A stretch of DNA of 64,000 bases from Chiloscyllium plagiosum (Eukaryota): the NCBI RefSeq assembly GCF_004010195.1, contig NC_057719.1, forward strand, positions 65,751,702 to 65,815,701, in the 5' to 3' direction. Positions 54,340 to 64,000 of the stretch are shown here, one piece after another (position 1 is the first letter of the stretch; every line of letters starts with the position of its first letter). The notes below the pieces were generated by a model. It was not told where the DNA came from. It did no database searches and worked only from the letters and a program-made list of their open reading frames with translations. A program made the position numbers and the translations under genes.

Positions 54340-54960
54340 CTCAGACCCACATGTTTTCTAGATGCTGGTCCCGCAATCAAACCGACTTATTCCGATACAC
54401 AGCAGGAGCTGGACTGAACACTGAAATTGTCTTTCGCAAGCTCGGTCCTCCGGCTGGGAGGACCCAGCCATCCCGGCATGCCCGCGTGCACGGTCGGCGG
54501 GCTCGGTCCTCCGGCTGGGAGGACCCAGCCATCCCGGCATGCCCGCGTGCACTCCCGGCGGGCTCGGTCCTCCGGCTGGGAGGACTTAGCCATCCCGGCA
54601 TGCCCGCGTGCACTCCCGGCGGGCTCGGTCCTCCGGCTGGGAGGACTTAGCCATCCCGGCATGCCCGCGTGCACGCCCGGCGGGCTCGGTCCTCCGGCTG
54701 GGAGGACTCAGCCATCCCGGCATGCCGTGGGCTCCTTTTGAATGGCGAAGCTTCAGGGAAAGGTAGAGACGAGCGGTGTGGCCCGGTAGCGCCCGAAAGA
54801 GAAGAGAAGAGAGGAGAGGACACGAGGGGAGTGACTGGGAAAGGAAGGACAAATTCTAATCCATCGCACTCCCACTGAAATGTTGTAAAATGTTCTGGTA
54901 CGTGACCCTCCAACTTCGTATGGGCGGCGGCTTGAGGCCTCGCTCTTGTGTAGTTCCAAC
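54340..54960. promoter_or_regulatory. CpG island, probable (bidirectional) promoter
   Basis: The most CpG-dense region in a CpG-depleted window; + strand donor-like sites at 54763 and 54898. Confidence 0.75.
54440..54726 (+). repeat. GC-rich minisatellite, 61-bp unit x4.7
   Basis: Units start at 54440, 54501, 54562, 54623 and 54684 and are near-identical. Confidence 0.97.
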
Positions 54961-56229
54961 TGGATGGGATGTTGGGTTGGGTTGGGTGGGGGTGGGGGTG
55001 GGATGAATTGGAGTTAATAGAAGAAAAGCTGTTTCTTTATAATTTGAAGTTATTTGCTAAGGAGGTCTTCCAACTATCCACATTATCACAATCAACGTAA
55101 GACAACTTGTCGTTAACAATGGCACCTCAAAGCACAATCTTTATGCGATTTTTAAGGTTAAATTAATAAAATCTGAAAACGTTTGGGCTTTAAAAGTCGG
55201 GGACTGGATCCTTCATCTCACTCTTAGTCCAAAAGACGCGACGGATCTTATTGAAAAATCTGCATTCGTTTGGACCCATTTTGTTTGCCTAGCTGGGAGT
55301 GACATGAAGGGAAGTCTGTTTAAATGTGGTGAAGTTGTCAAAGCGCATTTTGTAGAATTGGTTAGCAGACAGATCGTTTACTGTTTGACAACTGGCGATT
55401 TATTTATAGCTGCTGAGAATGCCAACTTGTAAAGCGACCTTGCTATTTGAACAAGCAAATCTGTTCACAATTTTTGAACCTGGCCTTTTTGCAAGGATTA
55501 AGTTGTCATTTCCCCAGAGTCAGATTTTGAACAATGTGAGTGGACAGTACTGAATGGTGGTTAAATAAATATACTGTATACTTTATACTATAAGGTAATG
55601 AAGCCAATTCTATGATTTTCATTAGCTATTCACTACATTTGAAAAAAGAGGATTAGGATTTCTAACACATTATTTTACTTGACATCTGTGAATATAACTG
55701 GTTGCAAATCATAACATAGTTCAGGTGGATGATACTGATCAGAGCAAGAAATCCCATGTGCTGATCAACACTGTCAAAAGTATTGATTGGTTGTTAATCC
55801 CATGTAAATGTTTTGGAATACTGTTACATAATTATATTTGTCTGCTTCATCTTTAAGCTTTTTTGAGTTAACTTATTATAGTAGAGAGTTACTAATTCTC
55901 CTTGTAACTGTGGAATTTGAAACATCAGGAAGGCAATATCTGCAAACCAAATGCGAACCAAAACACTACCATTTCTGGTAAAACTCTGGACTTGCAACAG
56001 GCCAGTGTCTGGGAGAAATCATGGCAAGCGATACACTATAACAAGGAAGAAAAATGGAGAGGAAAGGAATGATGGAATGAAAGAAAAACAAAACAAGATT
56101 AAATTATACATTTTTAAATGTGTAATTTACAACATTTAACACATTAAATAATGAGCCTTAACACTTACAATAACTTATTGTCAGGGAGCCTTTTCAGTCA
56201 TAGTTAACATTGTTTGATGTTAACCTGGA

Positions 56230-57700
56230 ACGGACATGGTAAAAGTAGGCAAATTTAACTATAGCAGTAAAGGGTCTTGGTGAAACTGCATCTGGAGTAC
56301 CGTGTACAGTTTTGGTCTGTTTATTTGGAAAGGAATACAGTTATGTTAGAAGAAGTTCAGAGAAGGTTCACTTGACTCAATTTTGAAAGAAAGATTGAAT
56401 AGGTCAGGGCTTTACTTATTCAAGCTTAGAAGGCTGAGAGAGATCTTATTGAAACAAGATGCTGAGGCTATTAGTGAAATAGATGTTGGGAGGATATTTC
56501 CTCTTAAGAGTGAGACTAGCACTGGAGGACACAGTTTAAAAATAAGAGGACTCTTTAAGATGAAGACAGGGACAGTGTTTTTTCTAATGCTCGTTACTCA
56601 GTGGAATTCATTTCTGGAGGCTTGCATTGAGGACAGCCAAAGTGGGTTCAACAGATTTTAATTCTACAGTGAAGTTGAGGACTATAGGAACAGGCTGGAA
56701 AGTACAGTTTAGACCTCAATCAGATCAACCATGATCTTATTAAAGATCAGGGGATGTACTTGCAATACTGAAGCAGTACATGTTCAAATGCAACAAGATT
56801 TGGAAATATCCAGGTTTGGGCTGAAAAGTGCAAGTAACATTCGTGCCACACAAATGCCAGGCAATTAGCATCTCCAATTAAAACAAAACAATCTAACTGC
56901 CATCCTTTGACAATCAATTATGTTATCATTACTGAAACCCCCCATGATCAATATGTTGGGGTTACCATTGACCGGAAACTCAAGTAGACTCACCACATAA
57001 ATACTGTGGCTACGAGAGCAAAATAGACATGAGTAGTGCTGCGGGGAGAAAGTGAGGTCTGCAGATGCTGGAGATCAAAGTTGAAACTTTATTGCTGGAA
57101 CAGCACAGCAGGTCAGGCAGCATCCAGGGAACAGGAGATTCGACGTTTCGGGCACAGGCCCTTCTTCAGGAATGAGTAGTGCTGCAGCAAGTAACTCATC
57201 TGACTCCCAAAGTCTGTCCACTATCCACAAGTCAAGAGTGTGATGGAATACTACACTATACATGGATGGGCAGAGATCCAACAACACTCAAGAGGCTTGA
57301 TATCATCTAGGACACAGCAGCTGGCTTGATAGTCACCACATCCACACCTCCACTAGCAGCAGTACTATCTACAAGTTGAACTGCAGAATTTTGCCAAAGA
57401 TACTTAACACCTTCCAAACCCACAGTCACTTCTATCTAGAAGGACAAGATCAGCAAATACTTGGAAATATATCGCCGTCCTTCACTGCTGGATCAAAATC
57501 CTAGAATTCCCTCCTGGACAGAATTGTGGATCTATATACAGCATATGGACTGCAGCATTTCAAGAAGGAAACTGACCACCTTCTCAAGATCAACTAGGAA
57601 TGGGCAGTAAATGCTGACCCAGCCACTAATGCCCACAAGTCCACAGCAAATAGTTCCGGTTCAAAGGGGTGAGTGGTCTACTGACATGTTCCTATAAGTG
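56230..57700 (+). mobile_element. Decayed CR1 3' fragment and an older LINE fragment
   Basis: 'KERLNRSGLYLFKLRRLR'; the second part is homologous to 20450-21240. Confidence 0.75.
57043..57171 (-). mobile_element. Short PLE pLTR with a fully intact minimal hammerhead (57138-57173)
   Basis: 14-bp TSD atgagtagtgctgc; ATTC-CTGAAGA-A-GGGC ctgt GCCC-GAAAC-GTC-GAAT. Confidence 0.9.
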
Positions 57701-58644
57701 AACTTCCTATGGGGAGCTTTAGTTAGTTGAATTTGGCCAAATTCAGCAACTTGCATTCACTGCGTTAGAATAGTGAGTCAAATGGCAAGATGCTGTTTTC
57801 AGAAGACTTAATGACTTACACGTTGGGACATTTGAGTTAAATATTCAAAAACCTAATTATTCACAGGAAAGTCTGGGTCCTAATTCAATCTCTTTCTAGT
57901 ACTGTCAGGGATTGCATAGAAACTTTAAATTAATTCTAGTGTGTGATAACTCTCAGATTTTGATTATACCCTGCAATAATCCTACGTCTTGTGCGCAATT
58001 CTTTTCCTGTATTGAGTCTCTTTATGATTAAGTGGCAGTTTAATAATGCGAAGAAGTTCATTGCCATTTAGAACAAAGCAGCAAACTTGATCGTAACAGC
58101 ATCTGCGACCTTAATCATTCACTCCCTGTACTGTCAGCTCAACATGGCTATGCAGTATGTGCCATCTGCAAAATGCACTGTGGCAAATTACTTTGGACTT
58201 TTTAACAGCATTTTCCAAATGGTGATCGCCATTGTCTAGTAGGTGTGCTGTCACCTGATTTCATATTGTTGAAAAATATATTGTTCCTTCTTAGTAACTG
58301 GACCAAACTTCTAGAATTTTCTACCTTCCTAGCAGCACTGGTTTACCTTCACAACATCTGCTGTAATTCATGAAGGCAGCCCCCCACCAATGTTTCAATG
58401 ACACTTTGGCAAGACAATGATTTATTGCCTTTCCTTTGTCTCCTGTAACCTGTAAATGAGTAAAATAAGCTTTTCTGAAACCAGTACTGTTTAGAAGTAT
58501 TTAATACATTCATATCACAGTTAAGACGAGTGTTTTACAATAATTGTACATTTTGAATCTACTGAAGAAATATATTTTGGGCATTTTCATACTGTTCTTG
58601 GTGTTTTGGAGACAGACAATTTGTCTACCTCCATATTCACACCA

Positions 58645-59185
58645 CTATAAGACATAAGAACAGAATTAGACCATTCAGTCCATCGGTTTGATCATGCCTG
58701 ATGAAGTAGCGGCGCTCCGAAAGCTAGTGTGCTTCCAATTAAACCTGTTGGACTATAACCTGGTATTGTGTGATTTTTAACATTCTCTGTAAGCCTTGAT
58801 CCTTTTACTAATCAAGAACCTGTCTATCTCTGTCTTAAATACACTCAATATCTTGGCCTCCACAGTCCTTCGTGGGCAATGAATTCCACAGATTCACCTT
58901 CTGGCTGAAGAAATTCCTCCTTATCTCAATTCTAAAGGCTGTGTCCTAAGGTCCTAGTCTCTCCTACTAGTGGAAACAATGTCTTTGTAACAGCTTGTAT
59001 CCAAGCCTCTCAATATTCTGTAAGTTTTGATGAGATCATCCTCTTCCTTCCAAACTCCATCGAGCATGCACCCAAAGTCCTTAACCATTCCTCATATGGC
59101 AAATCCCTCATCCCTGGGGTTTTTCTTGGCAATCTCCTCTGGACCCTGTCCAACACCAGCATTTCCTTTCTTGCATGCAGGGTAC
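58645..59185 (-). mobile_element. CR1 3' fragment with a nested + strand pLTR (58696-58781)
   Basis: cataagaac tail; the nested piece starts gcCTGATGAagtagcggcgctccGAAAGCTAgt. Confidence 0.8.
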
Positions 59186-59953
59186 AGTAAAATTAAAACC
59201 TTTTGAAGATCTTAATAGTTACTCAGTGGTTCCAAGCCAAATTTTTTGAATAACTAATCACAGACGTTGCAAATAATTAACTTCCAGATACCAGATTTGT
59301 ATCTGAAACAAAAGATTTAATAATTTATTAAATACACAATAACCTTAACAGAGGAAAATTAGGTGACAAGGTAATCTGATTAATGTCTATTAAACCCAAA
59401 ACATTTGTTTTCAGCCCCCATTCACACAAAAGACAGACAAATTAACGCAGTTAAGGCATACCGAAAAGAAATCAATAAAATTGTTCAGATTACTTGAATG
59501 GTTTTCACAATGCGTTGTTTCACAGACACAAATGTGTACGCTTGGGTTGCTTTTCTGAAACTGAAAGGGGCTGCAGACTTAATCAAGTCACTTGAGTAAT
59601 CTTTTAAAAACACAGGCTCTGTTGCTTGGCATGCCTAAATTAGCTTTAGGCAAATTTTTTCAGTTAATTGTTCATACAGGGTTTGTTTTCATTGATCTGT
59701 TTTTTTTAATGAACCTGTCAGAGATGTTGTTATACACTTTGGAACAGGTGGGATTTGAACCATTGACAGGGACATTAGCACTGCACCATAAGATTCATAC
59801 AGTGTTAACCTTACTTAATATTTGATATATTGTTGAATCTACCAGGCTGTTAAGCTTGTTGTCCTGTGACTCCACTGAGTAAAACAAACGGTCCAACATT
59901 GTAAGCAGGAATTATTGTGTAAAATAAGATGAACTATTGATACATTTCTATAG

Positions 59954-60020
59954 GTCTTTATTTGTGGCTTATATGTATCAGTAGTTTCTGAAATAAGACC
60001 AATATTGATGATGAAAAAAT
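59954..60020 (+). CDS. Candidate 67-nt exon of the gene driven by the 54.4-kb CpG island
   Basis: tttctatag| acceptor and |gtaagt donor; only frame 0 is open (VFICGLYVSVVSEIRPILMMKK). Confidence 0.4.
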
Positions 60021-60189
60021 GTAAGTTAACTAAAAAGGAAATCTCAAGAGATACTGTTCAATCTGAACTGTTTTTTCCAACATTATTAATTGGGGAGGAG
60101 CTACTTATTCAAGAATAGTGATTGGGTATGAATTTGATTAAAATCATCAATTTTTAAATTTTATAAATCTACATGCTAATATAAAAAAA

Positions 60190-61540
60190 AATTCAAACGC
60201 TGGAAATCTAAAGCAAAAGCGTTGGAGAAACTCTGGTCTGGCAGCATCTGTAGAGAGAAAACAGAGTTAATGTATCAAGTCCAGTGAACACTTCTTTAGA
60301 CCTGAAAATAGCTGGCAAAGTGTAGCTGTTATGCTCAACGTGGGGGAGGGTAAATAAAGTACTTGAAGATGGGACTGTGAGACAGAAAAAAGGGATAGAC
60401 AAACCGAGGTTGCTGATGGTCAGCCGAGAGAGAGAAATTCTGGGTCAGGTGCTGATGAGAAGCGTAAATGGTTGAAAATGGCTGCACTGGGAGCAACCCA
60501 TACAGAACAGGATTTGGGATGTGAAGGTAGGTAGCGAACATGGAGATGGATAGTTATAAAATTGTTAAATGTTGAGCTCTGAAGCCTCTAAGATATCTAA
60601 GTGGAAAATGAGGTGTTGTTCTGTGTATCATTGGAGTTGTGAGTATGGTGCTGGAAAAGCACAGCAGTTCAGGCAGCATCCAAGGAGCAGGAGAATCAAT
60701 ATTTCAGCCATAAGCCCTTCACCATTTTCCTGCTCCTTGGAGACTGCCTGACCTGCTGTGTTTTTCCAGCACCACACTCTCAACTCTGATCTCCTGTGCT
60801 TCATTGGATCATGGACAGAAATTTTGGCATGGGAATACTGTGGTGCATTGAAGTAGCAACAGCAAGCTCAAGCTTATTTTTCCCACCACAGTGGTCACCA
60901 TTGTGCATTTCATCTCCTTGGTATAAAGGAGGCCATATTGGAGGAACACCCTTGTGGATTAGGTTGAATGAAGAGCAGGCAATTCACTGCCTCACCTGGA
61001 AAATGTATCTTGGATCATGGTTAATGAGGACTTCAATGCACAAGTGCTGCACCTTCTTTGATTGCATGGGAAGGTGCTGTATGAGTGTGGAGGAGGAGTG
61101 GACCAGGATGCCCTGGTGGGAATGGTTCCTGCAGAATGCTGACAGGGGAGGGGAATATGAGGCTTGTGGTGACATTCCACTGAAATTGGCAGAAATTATG
61201 GCTATGATCATTTTGGATATGGAGACTGGTTGCGTAGAAAGTGAGGACCTGAGGGTCCTGATCGTTGTTGCGGGAAGGGAAGAAAGGGAAGTGCAGGAAA
61301 GAGATGAGGCATGCCTAAGTGCCATGTAGTGGTAGGGAATCCTTGTTTGAGGAAAAAGGTGTTTTTTTTTTTAAGACTGTAGCTTATGAATAATCCAGGA
61401 CAATGGAGTAGGTGGTAAGTTGGAAATATGAGCATGATATGAGGCTGACTGGAAGTAGGGTTGGAGCTGGTGTCCTGTTACCTTGAGTCGACAAATACTG
61501 TAGCAAACAGAGGGACTGGAGAACGCCTGTATGAGTCTGT
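60190..61540 (-). mobile_element. Decayed Penelope-like element with a nested inverted pLTR pair (60640-60795)
   Basis: 'PPLSAFCRNHS..ILVHS' and 'FPCNQRRCSTC' (PLE Cys-rich linker before GIY-YIG). Confidence 0.8.
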
Positions 61541-61554
61541 TTTTAAAAAAAGCC

Positions 61555-61972
61555 TTCAATTTGTACAATGCTTTTCATAACCAGTAGATGTCTCAGAGCA
61601 CTTTCAAACATTTGTAGTACTTTTAGTTACTGTTTTTAATATGGGGAACAGCACTACTTGGTTGATCACACAGACGACAATATGATAATAACCAACTCGT
61701 CTGAATTTGGCATGTTGATTGAGGGATAATTAATAGCCAGGACAGTAAGAATAATTACCCTGCTCCTCATCAAAATAGTGTCTTGGGATCTTTTACATTT
61801 TGCGTGAATAGGTCAGGGGACACTGATTTAAAGTCTCAATGAAACGTTGATCTGTTTATTGGTAAAGCACTCCCTCAGTAGTGCTCTCAACTTTGATTTT
61901 TGTATTTTAGCCTTGGAATGGCACTTGATCTCACAATCTTGTGGCTCAGGCAAGAGTGTTGCTAATTGAGCT
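61555..61972 (-). mobile_element. Ancient DeuSINE-like (SacSINE1/AmnSINE-type) element; related relics at ~5510-5720 and ~39690-39840
   Basis: Recognised motifs gcactccctcagta, tgggatcttttac and ttgattgagggataa; tRNA-like head at the right end. Confidence 0.6.
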
Positions 61973-62324
61973 GTTTCTGATATTTATCTGGGAACAGCAA
62001 AGAATGTGGCCTGGAAATAGAAATGTTCAGAATATATGCTGAGTAGAAATCTGCAACAAAGTCTGAAAGCATTTTTACAATGAAATAAATTTCATAAAAT
62101 CTACATCGATAAGTATCACCAGCCCTCAATTTATTCCTGTGAATGTGTATCATCCATTTCTTTCTGGCTCCAAGCTTCACAAGTCAGAAACATTTATCCA
62201 AATCTAATATCTTTCCTAACTTCTTCAACAAAATTCGGCACCTCCACTTTTATCAGTTCATTTGGCAGAATAAGGAACAATGAATTGCTTTCAATATTTT
62301 CACCTTTGTGCTCAGGACCTTTCA

Positions 62325-63900
62325 TCATAGAGTTACAGAGATGCAGCAGAGAAACAGACCCTTCGGCCTGACTCGTCTATGCCGACCAGAGATCCTAAAT
62401 TAATCTAATCTTGTTTGTCAGCACTTGGCCCATAGCCCTCCAAACCCTTCCTATTCATATACCCATCCATATGTCTTTTAAATGTTATAATTGAACCATC
62501 CTCCACCACTTCCTCTGGCAACTCATTCCATACACTCACCACCCTTTGCGTGAAAAAGTTGCCCCTTAGATCCCTTTTAAATCTTTCCCCTCTCGCCCTA
62601 GACTTATGCCCTCCAGTTCTGGCTCTCAACAACCCAGGGAAAAGACCTTGACAATTTACCCTATACATGCCCCTCATGATTTTATAAACCTCTATAAGGT
62701 CACCCCTCAGCCTCCATCGCTCCAGGGAAAATAGCCTCAGCCTATTCAGCTTCTCTCTGTAGCTCAAACCCTTCTGGCAACATCCTTGTAAATCTTTTCT
62801 GAACCTTTTCACAATGTCCTGCCTATAGAAGGGAGACTAGAATTGCATACAATGTTCCAAAAGTGGCCCGACCAATGTCCTGTACAGCTGTAACATGACC
62901 TCCGTACTCCTATACTCGATGCTGTGACCAAGAAAGGAAAGCTTACGAAATGCCGCCTTCACTATCCTCTCTACCTGCAATTCCATGTTCAAGGAACAAT
63001 GAACTTGCACTCCAATGTTTCTTTGTCCAGCAACACTCCCCAGGACCTTACCATTAAGTTCAAGTCCTGTCCTGATTTACCTTTCCAAAATGCAGCACCT
63101 CACATTTATGTAAGTTAAACTCCATCTGTCATTCCTCGGCCCATTGGCCCATCTGACCAAGATCCCATTGTACTCTGAGGTAACCTTTCTCGCTGTCCAC
63201 TACACCTCCAATTTTGGTGTCATCTGCAAACTTACTCATTATACCTTCTGTGTTCACATCCAAATCATTTATATAAAATGACGAAAAGCAGTGGACCCCG
63301 TACTGATCCTTGTCGCACACTACTCCAGTCTGAAATAAAACCCTTCACCACCAACCTCTGTCTTCTACCTTCAAGCCAGTTCTGTATCCAAATGGCTAGT
63401 TGTCATAGAATTCCTATAGTATGGAAACAGGTCAGCTGTACATTTCTATGACTAAGTCCACACTAACCCTTTGAAGAGTAACCTATACCCCTTACATTTA
63501 CCCCTAAATAATGCACCTAACCTACAAACCCTGAATGCTATGGACAATTTAGCATGGCCAATTCAACTGGCCTGCACATCTTTGGACTGTGGGAGGAAAC
63601 CGGAGCACCCAGAGGAAACCCGTACAGACACGGAGAGAATGTGCAAACTCCACACAAACAGTTGCCCAAGGCTGGAATTGAACCCGGGTCCCTGGCGCTG
63701 TCAGATTGCAGTGCGAACCAATGAGCCATTGTGCTACCTCATGTTCTCCCTGTATGTGATCTAACTTTGCTAACCAGTCTACCTTGAGGAACCTTGTAGA
63801 ACACCTTTCTGAAGCCCATATAAATCACGTCCACTGCTCTGCCCTCATCAATCCTCTCCGTTACTTCTTCAAAAAACTCAATCAAGTTAGTGAGACATGA
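62325..63900 (-). mobile_element. CR1 LINE interrupted by an HE1-like SINE
   Basis: 'YINDLD..SKFADDTKIGGVVD' and '[13 protein letters not shown]'. Confidence 0.9.
63405..63738 (-). mobile_element. HE1-like SINE
   Basis: B box ggttcaattcc on the minus strand; same core as 5735-6020. Confidence 0.9.
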
Positions 63901-64000
63901 TCATCTTGCCCCATCTCACCATAATCATTTCTTTGAACAATTAATTCACATATAAGACCATACGACTTGAGAGCAGAATCAGGCTATTCAGCCCACCACA

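Noticed and set aside
54440..54726. CRISPR-like array (regular repeats with a hairpin)
   Set aside because: Units are contiguous and near-identical with no unique spacers; there are no cas genes and the context is vertebrate, so it is a minisatellite
54333..54959. Many overlapping ORFs on both strands
   Set aside because: Artefact of a GC-rich, stop-poor tandem repeat

Overview
This is eukaryotic genomic DNA, most likely from a cartilaginous fish (shark). That call is inferred from HE1-like tRNA-derived SINEs, HER1/CR1 LINEs, DeuSINE-like relics and Penelope-like elements. The window is dominated by nested retroelements: many 5'-truncated CR1 LINEs, SINEs, at least two clean solo LTRs with 4-bp TSDs, Penelope-like elements (PLEs) and decayed DNA transposons. 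There are two assembly gaps. No complete host gene can be assembled with confidence. Host-like signals are: (i) a CpG-island promoter at ~54.3-54.96 kb containing a 61-bp x4.7 array with ZNF143/Staf-like motifs, with candidate exons on both sides; (ii) a minus-strand exon at 3.1 kb starting an ITIM-bearing peptide; (iii) a Cys-rich ORF with a GPI-like tail at 29.1-29.4 kb; (iv) a duplicated, decayed exon-like segment at 22.6/24.8 kb. The most striking system is more than 12 short PLE terminal-repeat (pLTR) insertions from four sequence-distinct families. They share a minimal hammerhead-ribozyme fold with covarying stems, and many have 13-16 bp TSDs, inverted hairpin arrangements, and ends that cluster at the ribozyme. 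All coordinates were read by eye and no database searches were run.
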